The notes under the pieces are model-generated. The model did not search any database. It had not been told where the DNA came from and was given only the letters and a program-made list of their open reading frames with translations. A stretch of 64,000 nucleotides of DNA from Felis catus (taxonomy: Eukaryota). Position 1 is the first letter of the stretch. Every line of letters begins with the position of its first letter. Location: the NCBI RefSeq assembly GCF_018350175.1, contig NC_058368.1, positions 220,970,001 through 221,034,000 of the forward strand, read 5' to 3'. Shown one piece after another: positions 12,604 through 25,598 of this stretch. The position numbers and the translations under genes are program-made.

Positions 12604-13914
12604 AGACTTGACAATATACCATTTAAAAATAAGTTTTAAATTTTAAAGATAATCTCTTTCCTTAAACCAGACAAGTAATATTGACAATTGATTCCATGTT
12701 GCTCTTCAGCTTTTTTTTAAATTTTTTCATTTTTTTAAAAATTCATCTTAAGAAACAGACTAAGGAAACTTGTGTGAAGAGACAAGAATATTAAGGGTTA
12801 TAGTTCATTCTCTAAATGTGAAAGAATAATTATTAAATATTATTTTATTTAAATGTCCATTTTTTTGTATAAATTGAAACAATTTACTAATGCTAGTAAT
12901 TAGGTTTCAGGAAAGATACCACGCAGAGTCAGCATGTTGTGGAAATGTGTGTCCTGAGAGCCTAGGAATCTGTTGCTAGCTAGGGTTCTTACACTACGGT
13001 AGGGTGTGACCTGATTTAGTTTTCTGGCTCCTTGATCTATAAACTGAAGAATGTGTTGCATGATTTCTAAAATTATTTCAAGCTTTTAAATCTATAGCTA
13101 GGGCATATTTAAAAGCAAAGCCGTCTTCACAAGTTTTTAAGGTTAAAAACTCACTCTTGCATAGTTAACCATGAGATACCATCTTGCCTAAAAATAATTT
13201 CTGCACCCAGAAAATGTACTTGGAAATTTTCTCAAAATTTTGCATTAGAGCAGCACTGAATAGAATCATCTTTGATGAAACTTTCAAGGAAAACAAAATG
13301 GATGATTTTAAAAAAGGGATGGGTACTAATAATGAGGTTCTAACATTCAACCCAGATCATAAAAAGACAAACAGGAAAGAAGCTAATTTCATTCAGGATA
13401 TTCACTTGGCCGCAGCTAATTCTTTAAAGAATCAGATTAAGTGCTGGAGGTGCAGCTCTGAAATGATCATGTATTCACATTGATTGTACCATCTCATTAG
13501 CTTTCGATTTGTATAAACAAGCTTTCTTTGCTTCCTCTAATTGCACATTAGGAGTATCAGGCACTACTGGGAAGCAGAAATCCAAATTCTAATACAAGGT
13601 CTACAGAGATATAATTGCAAAGAATTTAGAAAGCTGTCCAATTCAGACTTCTCAATTCCTTGAAGTAATAAAAACTTGAAGCTGGATGTTGTTTGTTTAC
13701 ATTTGTTTTTCCTCCCAGAAAAGCAAAGTGCATTGATTCCATGCATTTTAAAAGGTTATCACTACATCAAAAATCATATTTAATGTTTAAAGGGCCACTG
13801 CAACCCAGTGGTATCATTTAAATACTCCAAATGGAAACACTGTATTTAAATCTGTGAGTAAATGAGGTGCAAAATATGTTTAAAAAATTAAGGCAATTAA
13901 TAAAACAATGAATT

Positions 13915-14137
13915 GGGGCGCCTGGGTGGCGCAGTCGGTTAAGCGTCCGACTTCAGCCAGGTCACGATCTCGCGGTCCGTGAGTTCGAGCCCCGCGTCAG
14001 GCTCTGGGCTGATGGCTTAGAGCCTGGAGCCTGTTTCCGATTTTGTGTCTCCCTCTCTTTGCCCCTCCCCCGTTCATGCTCTGTCTCTCTCTGTCCCAAA
14101 AATAAATAAACGTTGAAAAAAAATTAAAAAAAAAAAA
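13915..14137 (+). mobile_element. Young felid CAN-SINE
   Basis: Near-identical to the SINE at 6242; TSD aataaaacaatgaatt at 13899-13914 and 14138-14153. Confidence 0.97.
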
Positions 14138-14250
14138 AATAAAACAATGAATTAATGTGAAAGTAGTATTGAAGCCTGAAGGAGAAAAATTCCTTCCATA
14201 CTTTTTTGAGTTAGCAAACAAATTGGCTACATTTTTTTGTTGGCTGTGTG

Positions 14251-14252
<2 letters not shown>

Positions 14253-14292
<40 letters not shown>

Positions 14293-14304
14293 TGCGCGCG
14301 TGTG
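14253..14304. repeat. (TG)n/(CG) alternating purine-pyrimidine microsatellite
   Basis: Directly visible. Confidence 0.95.
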
Positions 14305-14696
14305 CAGTTTGTAACATTTTCCCAGTGCAGATATGATCTTAGGACTTCTAATGTCTTGGTAGATGTAGTGCAAAACTGGTCAGTATCTATTGTAGCTAAT
14401 GTATATAATCTCTAACACAGCAGATTGTTGTGAGAATTAAAAAGTAATAATTACTGCCAGTCAGGTATCAATCTTTAAATAAGAAACCAGGCTGAAATTT
14501 TAATGTAGTGAGGAATATGAATTCTTGTCCTGTTATACATCCTGTTCTGTAATTTAACTGTCAGTGCATAGTAATAAATGATTGGACCTAAGCCCAGCCT
14601 TGCAGTTAGAGTAGCCCTGAAATAGAGCAACTTTTCTAAATACACTTTGCGTGTATTTTTATTTGCAGTATGGGTGTATTTGCATATAAATGTGGG

Positions 14697-14897
14697 CTTT
14701 ATTTAAAGTTTATTTTTGAGAGAGAAAGAAAGCACAAGTGGGGGAAGGGCAGAGAGGGAGTGAGAGAGAATCCCGAGCAGGCTCCGTACTGTCGGTGCAG
14801 AGCCTGACGCAAGGCTCAAACTCACGAACCATGAGATCTTGACCTGAGTCAAAATCAACAGTCTGGTGCTTAACTGACTGAGCCACCCAGGCGCCCC
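14697..14897 (-). mobile_element. CAN-SINE
   Basis: Ends 'actgagccacccaggcgcccc'. Confidence 0.93.
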
Positions 14898-15053
14898 TGT
14901 GCTTTTTTTTTTTAATAAAGTGTTTATGTTGGTGATTGTAAAATGAGTTCCAACGATATAGTTTTCAGTGCTTTTGAGAAATATATATATATTATAATAA
15001 ATTATCTTTTCCCTGAAATCATCAAAGAAATGAACTCATTTAACTCTAGTTCG

Positions 15054-15054
15054 T

Positions 15055-15138
<84 letters not shown>

Positions 15139-15140
15139 TC
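15054..15140. repeat. (TTTC)n microsatellite
   Basis: Directly visible perfect array. Confidence 0.98.
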
Positions 15141-18100
15141 CATTTACACTGGATTAGATCCTGGTCAGCAGTAAATTCCCATAAAGATCATTACTGGAAC
15201 ACATGATAATATTTAATGGTAGAATTTCAGTATTAACTATAACTTAGGTAACAGTGTGATATCATGTTAAAACTTCTGATTTGCACAGCTACACAATTGT
15301 AAGGTAATATTTCTATTTTTAGAAAATCACTGAAATATTTAGGAATAAATGTGAATGATGTCTGCAACTTAAATTTTGAGCTTTAAAAAAGAACACGAGC
15401 TTTTATATACATCTGTAGATATGCATGTGTATATACAAAGATATTATCTATGTGTTTGTGTGCATACATACGTATCCATCTATCATCTATCTATCTATCT
15501 ATCTATCCCTATTATTAAGACAGACAAGAGAAAGAAAGGAGAGACTATGATAAAGAAAACTATACAAAAGTTATCAGTTGGTGAAAATGCAGTAATAAAG
15601 TAGTATACAAGTGTTTTTTGTTCCATTCAAGTAATGCTTTTGCTTAGCTTTTAAATTATAAAAATTTATATATATATATATACATATATATGTGTATATA
15701 TATATATATATATATTTTTTTTTTATTTTGGCTCAGGTTTTCAGATAGTGTATGCATAGAGCTGGAAAATCCAACTGGAACTTTTTTCCAAAGTATACAA
15801 TTTCTTTCCATTAAGGAAATAAAATCCACACTCACAGTATTCTCTAATTTGCTGAATGTCTTTCATACAACACCTTGAGTCAGGTTTTATATCCCCTAAT
15901 CACATGTACAATCCAGGCTTTGAGATGTAGGAATTTCCCCAACCTAATAAATGACAGAAGTCGACTTGATAGGCAATTGTAGATTCCCCAATCCTGTTTG
16001 TGTGTGTGTTTTTCCCATGCGCATACAGTATCAAACTCCCACTTCAAACAGTACAATTAAAACATGGCTGAGGTTTGTTTCATTCAACATATGGGAAAAA
16101 ATTCTGTTCCATGATGAACACAGAGGAAATTAAACAGGTTTAGATCTTTGTTTAAATACCTTATTCTAGTTTAATTCCCATTGATGTTTTAATTCGTGAA
16201 CCTAATGTGAAAATTGCCCCTTTGGGTACTAAAGAAGCTGGAAAATTCATCTGTTACCCTAATTGATGATTTTATTAATGGAAATATATTTGAACTGTTG
16301 AACTCTAAATGAAAAATATAAAATAATCACCTCTCACAAGACTTTGCTTTGGAGAAAATAATAGTATCAGGGAAGACCATTTCCTCCAGTGAAATATACC
16401 TAATTTATGGAGAACAGCAGCTCTCACTTTTGCTACATAGCAAGATTTTTTTGGTTTATCCCTGAGTCTGACTCATTCAGCAGATCTTGACAGAGCTATG
16501 AAGGAGTTTTATTAAGGGGTTGGGCAATAAAGATTCAATAGAACTCTTGAGACATGGTGATTTTTTTCTGATGTGCAAGGATGTCTTCTTTCTTGGAGAC
16601 TGGGACCAGCTGGGATTACTCCTGTTTGCTGCCTTTGCATTACCTCTAAGACAAGCATAAACTAAAATGAAAGATTGGTGAGGATTGCTTTATTTCTTCC
16701 AGAATAAGAACATTTGTTTTATTATAAGTGATTTTTTATCATGTTTTCTTTTAGTCAGACTTGTAAATTCTATTGAATTTAAATAGATATCTATAATATA
16801 TCAACATTCTACACACATACTACAGAAGCAAATGAAGAACTCTTTGCATTAAAACCACAGATTACAATTACATATGCAAACTGATTATATGGAAAAGCTA
16901 TATTTTCTCCATCTCAGTGGTTCAGAACACCTGATTGAGGGACATAAATCCATGAGCAGTGCAAATAACTATTTAGCAAGGGCTCCCTAACTCTTCATTA
17001 ACCCAAAATAAGCAGCATCATGATAGGGTCATGCTCCCTTAGAAGAACTCCTGAACTAAAGGAGTTTCCAGAACATCACTTATTGCTGTGTTTATGTTGT
17101 TTTTATGTCGGTGCCTAGCCTTTTTGTAAACCTAATTTGAGTCTCAAGAGTGTAAAGAAACTTGACTTACCAGTCCCTGAAATTCATTATGGAGATAAAG
17201 AATATATTTAGTGTTTTTACAGAAAAACAAAAAGAAAATTATATTGAAGATGTGAATAAAGAACATTCAAAGACAAATAAGCAAGGGTTTTCTAATCTAG
17301 ACAGGACATTCTGGAAATTTCCTAAGTGTTTTAAATTTTTGTTAGTAGTTCTAAAATTTTATCCAGTAAGCTCTGATACTGAGGATTTCTACTCACAGGA
17401 CCTCCAAATATGATTAGGATTTTAGGAGATAGAGCCTAAGTCTTTCTCTAGTGAAATAAAAACAATGTAGAGTATATAATAGCATAATTTTTATCTTTGG
17501 AAACAGTATTTATACAAATATTAGAGCATCAACAATGTTCTAATTGAATATCCACAAGATAGATTAAGCAATTTGGATGATTCCATTTTTACATAAGGGG
17601 GAAACCCCACTGAGGGTCAGGGATATTATGTAGTGATTCAGTCTTTCATTTATTTACTTACTTGAAAACACACCATAACAACCTACTGGGGCAGTTTCCT
17701 CACGGTATACATCACAGACCAGGGACTGGGGTTGAAATTATCCTTCCTAATCTGGTGTTCTTTCTTCCAGAATCACAGCTCCTGTTTTTCCTAACTGATC
17801 CATACCATGCTTCTCAATTCCGATTCTTTTATTTTTTGAAATTTTATCAACATTATAGGGAAGTAGTATGAACTAATCCTATTACTTTTGAATCTAAACT
17901 GATTTCTCCATTGCTTCCATGCTTATAGCACCTATTGTATTAACCCAAAGTAGATGGTGATATTTATTTGCCTCCCTCTGAAGCTTTCATCTTTTAAAGT
18001 ATGGTACTGAATGGAAAGAAATATACTGACACTTGTGTTCTGGATAATTGTATTTTTGATCATGGCAGTTGAAGATAAGGTTAGCTCTTTTGACAGCCAC

Positions 18101-18299
18101 ATCCAGTTCTAAGCATACATCATTCCTACTCTGAAATAAAATATCCAAGTATGTATAAATGCATGAACACATAGAAGTTGTGTCTCTTCATGTGTATTAT
18201 GCAATTTTATAAATTTAGCTGAGCACATGACACTGCCCAGTATTTAGCCAGCATTTTTGTGCTGTCTCCTTCTTTCTTGACAATTGCATCACAACTTCT

Positions 18300-19394
18300 A
18301 TATTTTTGTAAAACCCCCAGTTCTTTCTTCCCTATTCTCATTTTCAACTGATTTCCTTCCTTACTATTTTATTATGTAAATTAAATCCACTGGGATGGAT
18401 GAACATAGCCACCCACTTACCACCATTATGTCCAACTCCTCTGTACTCTCTCTAGTTTCTCTAGGTGAACTTCCTGAATTTTCATCTGAGGCTGACCTCT
18501 TGATGTATATTTGAAAAGCCAACGCTTAAATACTCAAGGACATTATTTCAACAATTTTCTACTTTCTCAGGATTTTTTTTTCATTTTTTCTGAATGATTT
18601 CATTGACATGGTTACATGCTATTATCCAATTTTTTGCAAAATAAAATAAACTAAAAGTAAAATAAAATAAACTTTTATGTCCCTATCAGATGCCACTACA
18701 TTTCTTCAAGCTCTGCAGGAAAGTTCCTAAAACAGTTGCTTTTACAGATCGCATTTAGTTCCTCTCCTGTCATGTTTTACTTACACTACTTTTAATCCAC
18801 TTTCTTCTCCCCAGTCTAGTGAAACTGCTTCTTAAAAGATATCATAGTTCTTCACCGAATGCTGTCATCAGTTCTCAGTATTCATCCCACTTGGCCAACG
18901 AAATAGTTGACCACTTCTCATCCTCACCCACAGTCTTCACTTAGCTTCTAGATCATCACAGATTCTTGGCTTCACTTCTCCCTTTCTGAGCCCTTTCAGC
19001 TCTTGGGCTGCTCTCCTCCTTTCCCTGATCTGCTGGTGTTAGAGTGTCTTAGGACTTGGTCCTTAGTCCTCTTTTCTGTCTATACTTCCTTTATTGGTGA
19101 TGTCATCCATTCTCCAGGCTTTAAGTACCATCCAAACTATATGATTCTTTTCTAGTATATAAGGGGATGCCTGGATGGCTCAGTGGGTTGAGCATCCAAC
19201 TTTGACTTAGGTCATGATCTCACAGTTTGTGGGTTTGAGCCCCACGTCAGGTTCTGTGCTGACAGCTCAGAGCCTGGAGCCTGTTTTAGATTCTGTGTCC
19301 CCCTCTCTCTCTGCCCTTCCCTGCTGGCACTCTGTCTCTCTCTCTCTCTCTCAAAAATGAATAAACATAAAAAGGAACACATTATATTCTTATG

Positions 19395-19427
<33 letters not shown>

Positions 19428-19579
19428 ATGTATTCTATATATGTATTGTTATTATGTATGTATTTATGTATGTTTATATCTCCCCAGCCAAAGTTCTACC
19501 CTGAGCTTGAGCTCCATGCATTCAATGGCTTACATATGTTATCACTGAGATGTTGAAGAGACAGTGCAAAATTGATATA
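18300..19579 (+). mobile_element. Decayed L2 fragment (hosts a SINE and MLT1D)
   Basis: 'agttgaccacttctc', 'ggtgatgtcatccattctccaggctttaagtaccat', 'tttatatctccccagcc' are L2 3' region motifs. Confidence 0.7.
19163..19372 (+). mobile_element. CAN-SINE
   Basis: 'ggggatgcctggatggctcag', (CT)n, 'aatgaataaacat'. Confidence 0.93.
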
Positions 19580-19896
19580 TGTATGGCAGGCAAAACAGTG
19601 ACTCCCAAAAGGTCTTAATATAGAATCTTTGGATATGTTACCTTACATAGCAATAGGTATTTTGCACATGGGAAAAGCTAAGGACATCGATGGGGAGATT
19701 ATTCTGGATTATTTAGTTGGATTCTACATATAAATCATATGGGTCCTTGAAAGTAGAGAACCTTTCCATGCCTCGCGGAGGTTTGGCTATTGATGAATGA
19801 TCAGAGAGATGCAACTTTGCTTAATTTGAAAACAGAGGAAGGAGCCAGAGGCCCGAAAAAAATGAGCTTTCTTTCTAAAAGTTGGAAAAGGCTGGA

Positions 19897-20823
19897 GGGC
19901 TGGGCAAGATGGCGGCTTAGGAGGACGCTGGGCTCACCGCAGGTCCTGCTGATCACTTAGATTCCACCTACACCTGCCTAAATAACCCAGAAAACCGCCA
20001 GAGGATTAGCAGAACGGAGTCGCCGGAGCCAAGCGCAGCCAAGAGGCCCAGGGAAGAGGGTAGGAAGGGCTGCGAGGCGGTACGCGCTCCACGGACTGGC
20101 AGGAGGGAGCCGGGGCGGAGTGGCGGCTCGCCGGACAAGCAGAGCCCCTGAGTCTGGCTTGCAAAAGCGGAGGGGCCTGACGGACTGTGTTCCGACAGCA
20201 AGCGCTACTTAGCGTCTGGGAGGTCATAAGTTAACAGCTCTACTCGGAAAGCGGGAAGGCTGGAGGACAAAGGGAGGGAGAGCTGCTGAGCCCCCTGACG
20301 ACAGAGCTCAGTTTGGTGGGGAACAAAGGCGCTCGCCAGCGCCATCTCCCCCGCCCATCCCCCAGCCAAAATCCCAAAGAGAACCAGTTCCTGCCAGGGA
20401 ACTTGCTCGCTCCACGCAAACACCCAACTCTGCGCTACTGCGGAGCCAAACCTCCGGCAGTGGATCTGACTCCCTCCCGCTGCCACAGGGCCCCTCCTGA
20501 AGTGGATCACCTAAGGAGAATCATTCTAAGCCTGCCCCTCCTGCCCCTGTGCACCTTGCCTACCCACCCCAGCTAATATGCCATATCCCCAGCATCACAA
20601 GCCTGGCAGTGTGCAAGTAGCCCAGACGGGCCACGCCACCCCACAGTGAATCCCGCCCCTAGGAGAGGGGAAGAGAAGGCACACACCAGTCTGACTGTGG
20701 CCCCAGCGGTGGGCTGGGGGCAGACATCAGGTCTGACTGCGGCCCTGCCCACCAACTCCAGTTATACACCACAGCACAGGGGAAGTGCCCTGCAGGTCCT
20801 CACCACGCCAGGGACTATCCAAA
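19897..20823 (+). promoter_or_regulatory. L1 5'UTR internal promoter, CpG-rich, with YY1-type motif CAAGATGGCGG at 19905-19915
   Basis: CpG-dense sequence in an AT-rich background; a YY1 site close to the 5' end is established for L1 promoters; activity not shown. Confidence 0.75.
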
Positions 20824-21717
20824 ATGACCAAGCGGAAGAATTCCCCTCAGAAGAATCTCCAGGAAATAACAACAGCTAATGAGCTGATCAAAAAGGATTT
20901 AAATAATATAACAGAAAGTGAATTTAGAATAATAGTCATAAAATTAATCGCTGGGCTTGAAAACAGTATACAGGACAGCAGAGAATCTCTTGCTACAGAG
21001 ATCAAGGGACTAAGGAACAGTCACGAGGAGCTGAAAAATGCTTTAAACGAAATGCATAACAAAATGGAAACCACCACAGCTCGGCTTGAAGAGGCAGAGG
21101 AGAGAATAGGTGAACAAGAGGATAAAGTTATGGAAAAAGAGGAAGCTGAGAAAAAGAGAGATAAAAAAATCCAGGAGTATGAGGGGAAAATTAGAGAACT
21201 AAGTGATACACTAAAAAGAAATAATATATGCATAATTGGTATCCCAGAGGAGGAAGAGAGAGGGAAAGGTGCTGAAGGGGTACTTGAAGAAATAATAGCT
21301 GAGAACTTCCCTGAACTGGGGAAGGAAAAAGGCATTGAAATCCAAGAGGCACAGAGAACTCCCTTCAGACGTAACTTGAATCGATCTTCTGCACGACATA
21401 TCATAGTGAAACTGGCAAAATACAAGGATAAAGAGAAAATTCTGAAAGCAGCAAGGGGTAAACATGCCCTCACATATAAAGGGAAACCTATAAGACTCGT
21501 GACTGATCTCTCTTTTGAAACTTGGCAGGCCAGAAAGAATTGGCACGAGATTTTCAGGGTGCTAGACAGAAAAAATATGCAGCCGAGAATCCTTTATCCA
21601 GCAAGTCTGTCATTTAGAATAGAAGGAGAGATAAAGGTCTTCCCAAACAAACAAAAACTGAAGGAATTTGTCACCACTAAACCAGCCCTACAAGAGATCC
21701 TAAGGGGGACCCTGTGA
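20824..21717 (+). CDS. LINE-1 ORF1p (RNA-binding chaperone), intact, 297 aa
   Basis: ATG at 20824 (MTKRKNSPQK...), coiled coil, 'IIGIPEEEE', 'RHIIVKL', 'YPASLSF', stop at 21715-21717. Confidence 0.93.
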   Translation: MTKRKNSPQKNLQEITTANELIKKDLNNITESEFRIIVIKLIAGLENSIQDSRESLATEIKGLRNSHEELKNALNEMHNKMETTTARLEEAEERIGEQEDKVMEKEEAEKKRDKKIQEYEGKIRELSDTLKRNNICIIGIPEEEERGKGAEGVLEEIIAENFPELGKEKGIEIQEAQRTPFRRNLNRSSARHIIVKLAKYKDKEKILKAARGKHALTYKGKPIRLVTDLSFETWQARKNWHEIFRVLDRKNMQPRILYPASLSFRIEGEIKVFPNKQKLKEFVTTKPALQEILRGTL

Positions 21718-21767
21718 GACAAAGTCCCAGAGACATCACTACAAGCATAAAACATACAGACATCACA

Positions 21768-24700
21768 ATGACTCTAAACCCGTATCTTTCTATAATAACC
21801 CTGAATGTAAATGGATTAAATGCGCCAACCAAAAGACATAGGGTATCAGAATGGATAAAAAAACAAGACCCATCTATTTGCTGTCTACAAGAGACTCATT
21901 TTAGACCTGAGGACACCTTTAGATTGAGAGTGAGGGGATGGAGAACTATTTATCATGCGACTGGAAGCCAAAAGAAAGCTGGAGTAGCCATGCTTACATC
22001 AGACAAACTAGACTTTAAATTAAAGTCCGTAACAAGAGATGAAGAAGGACATTATATAATAGTTACAGGGTCTATCCATCAGGAAGAGCTAACAATTATA
22101 AATGTCTATGCGCCGAATACCGGAGCCCCCAAATATATAAAACAATTACTCATAAACATAAGCAACCTTATTGATAAGAATGTGGTAATTGCAGGGGACT
22201 TTAACACTCCACTTACAGAAATGGATAGATCATCTAGACACACGGTCAATAAAGAAACAAGGGCCCTGAATGAGACATTGGATCAGATGGACTTGACAGA
22301 TATATTTAGAACTCTGCATCCCAAAGCAACAGAATATACTTTCTTCTCGAGTGCACATGGAACATTCTCCAAGATAGATCACATACTGGGTCACAAAACA
22401 GCCCTTTATAAGTTTACAAGAATTGAAATCATACCATGCATACTTTCAGACCACAATGCTATGAAGCTTGAAATCAACCACAGAAAAAAGTCTGGAAAAC
22501 CTCCAAAAGCATGGAGGTTAAAGAACACCCTACTAACGAATGAGTGGGTCAAGAAGGCAATTAGAGAAGAAATTAAAAAATATATGGAAACAAACGAAAA
22601 TGAAAATACAACAATCCAAACGCTTTGGGACGCAGTGAAGGCAGTCCTGAGAGGAAAATACATTGCAATCCAGGCCTATCTCAAGAAACAAGAAAAATCC
22701 CAAATACAAAATCTAACAGCACACCTAAAGGAACTAGAAGCAGAACAGCAAAGGCAGCCTAAACCCAGCAGAAGAAGAGAAATAATAAAGATCAGAGCAG
22801 AAATAAACAATATAGAATCTAAAAAAAACTGTAGAGCAGATCAACGAAACCAAGAGTTGGTTTTTTGAAAAAATAAACAAAATTGACAAACCTCTAGCCA
22901 GGCTTCTCAAAAAGAAAAGGGAGATGACCCAAATAGGTAAAATCATGAATGAAAATGGAATTATTACAACCAATCCCTCAGAGATACAAGCAATTATCAG
23001 GGAATACTATGAAAAATTATATGGCAACAAACTGGAAAACCTGGAAGAAATGGACAAATTCCTGAACACCCACACTCTTCCAAAACTCAATCAAGAGGAA
23101 ATAGAAAGCTTGAACAGACCCATAACCAGCGAAGAAATTGAATCGGTTATCAAAAATCTCCCAACAAATAAGAGTCCAGGACCAGACGGCTTCCCAGGGG
23201 AGTTCTACCAGACGTTTAAAGCAGAGATAATACCTATCCTTCTCAAGCTATTCCAAGAAATAGAAAGGGAAGGAAAACTTCCAGACTCATTCTATGAAGC
23301 CAGTATTACTTTGATTCCTAAACCAGACAGAGACCCAGTAACAAAAGAGAACTACAGGCCAATATCCCTGATGAATATGGATGCAAAAATTCTCAATAAG
23401 ATACTAGCAAATCGAATTCAACGGCATATAAAAAGAATTATTCACCATGATCAAGTGGGATTCATTCCTGGGATGCAGGGCTGGTTCAACATCCGCAAAT
23501 CAATCAACGTGACACATCACATTAAAAAAAAAAAAGAGAAGAACCATATAATCCTGTCAATCGATGCAGAAAAGGCCTTTGACAAAATCCAGCACCCTTT
23601 CTTAATAAAAACCCTTGAGAAAGTTGGGATAGAAGGAACATACTTAAAGATCATAAAAGCCATTTATGAAAAGCCCACAGCTAACATCATCCTCAACGGG
23701 GAAAAACTGAGAGCTTTTTCCCTGAGATCAGGAACACGACAAGGATGCCCACTCTCACCGCTGCTGTTTAACATAGTGCTGGAAGTTCTAGCATCAGCAA
23801 TCAGACAACAAAAGGAAATCAAAGGCATCAAAATTGGCAAAGATGAAGTCAAGCTTTCGCTTTTTGCAGATGACATGATATTATACATGGAAAATCCGAT
23901 AGACTCCACCAAAAGTCTGCTAGAACTGATACAGGAATTCAGCAAAGTTTCAGGATACAAAATCAATGTACAGAAATCAGTTGCATTCTTATACACTAAC
24001 AATGAAGCAACAGAAAGACAAAGAAACTGATCCCATTCACAATTGCACCAAGAAGCATAAAATACCTAGGAATAAATCTAACCAAAGATGTAAAGGATCT
24101 GTATGCTGAAAACTATAGAAAGCTTATGAAGGAAATTGAAGAAGATTTAAAGAAATGGAAAGACATTCCCTGCTCATGGATTGGAAAAATAAATATTGTC
24201 AAAATGTCATTACTACCCAAAGCTATCTACACTTTCAATGCAATCCCAATCAAAATTGCACCAGCATTCTTCTCGAAACTAGAACAAGCAATCCTAAAAT
24301 TCATATGGAACCACAAAAGGCCCCGAATAGCCACAGGAATTTTGAAGAAGAAGACCAAAGCAGGAGGCATCACAATCCCAGACTTTAGCCTCTACTACAA
24401 AGCTGTCATCATCAAGACAGCATGGTATTGGCACAAAAACAGACACATAGACCAATGGAATAGAATAGAAACCCCAGAACTAGACCCACAAACGTATGGC
24501 CAAGTCATCTTTGACAAAGCAGGAAAGAACATCCAATGGAAAAAAGACAGCCTCTTTAACAAATGGTGCTGGGAGAACTGGACAGCAACATGCAGAAGGT
24601 TGAAACTAGACCACTTTCTCACACCATTCACAAAAATAAACTCAAAATGGATAAAGGACCTGAATGTGAGACAGGAAACCATCAAAACCTTAGAGGAGAA

Positions 24701-25598
24701 AGCAGGAAAAGACCTCTCTGACCTCAGCCGTAGCAATCTCTTACTCGACACATCCCCAAAGGCAAGGGAATTAAAAGCAAAAGTGAATCACTGGGACCTT
24801 ATGAAGATAAAAAGCTTCTGCACAGCAAAGGAAACAACCAACAAAACTAAAAGGCAACCAACGGAATGGGAAAAGATACTCGCAAATGACATATCGGACA
24901 AAGGGCTAGTATCCAAAATCTATAAAGAGCTCACCAAACTCCACACCCGAAAAACAAATAACCCAGTGAAGAAATGGGCAGAAAACATGAATAGACACTT
25001 CTCTAAAGAAGACATCCGGATGGCCAACAGGCACATGAAAAGATGTTCAGCGTCGCTCCTTATCAGGGAAATACAAATCAAAACCACACTCAGGTATCAC
25101 CTCACGCCAGTCAGAGTGGCCAAAATGAACAAATCAGGAGACTATAGATGCTGGCGAGGATGTGGAGAAACGGGAACCCTCTTGCACTGTTGGTGGGAAT
25201 GCAAATTGGTGCAGCCGCTCTGGAAAGCAGTGTGGAGGTTCCTCAGAAAATTAAAAATAGACCTACCCTATGACCCAGTAATAGCACTGCTAGGAATTTA
25301 TCCAAGGGATACAGGAGTACCGATGCATAGGGCCACTTGTACCCCAATGTTCATAGCAGCACTCTCAACAATAGCCAAACTATGGAAAGAGCCTAAATGT
25401 CCATCAACTGATGAATGGATAAAGAAATTGTGGTTTATATACACAATGGAATATTACGTGGCAATGAGAAAAAATGAAATATGGCCTTTTGTAGCAACGT
25501 GGATGGAACTGGAGAGTGTGATGCTAAGTGAAATAAGCCATACAGAGAAAGACAGATACCATATGGTTTCACTCTTATGTGGATCCTCAGAAACTTAA
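21768..25598 (+). pseudogene. LINE-1 ORF2p (endonuclease, RT, Cys-rich domain), frameshifted at ~22821-22828 (+1 A) and ~24020 (-4 bp); normal stop changed TGA>TCA
   Basis: Three collinear ORFs 21714-22868, 22924-24030 and 24126-25598 with 'LNVNGLN', 'LQETH', 'SDHN', 'QGCPLSP', 'FADD', '[18 protein letters not shown]'. Confidence 0.95.

Noticed and set aside
13184..13483. 99-aa ORF in unique sequence
   Set aside because: Non-ATG start, no recognisable domain or splice context; length expected by chance.
14943..15206. Hydrophobic 'SFFL' repeat ORF
   Set aside because: Translation of the (TTTC)n microsatellite.
19968..20879. Multiple ORFs in the L1 5'UTRs as an ORF0-like gene (also 49084-49932)
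   Set aside because: GC-rich sequence is stop-poor, and ORF boundaries mostly differ between the two UTR copies.
24155..24388. 77-aa alternative-frame ORF shared with 8445-8678
   Set aside because: Overlapping frame within near-identical L1 copies; no independent evidence of function.
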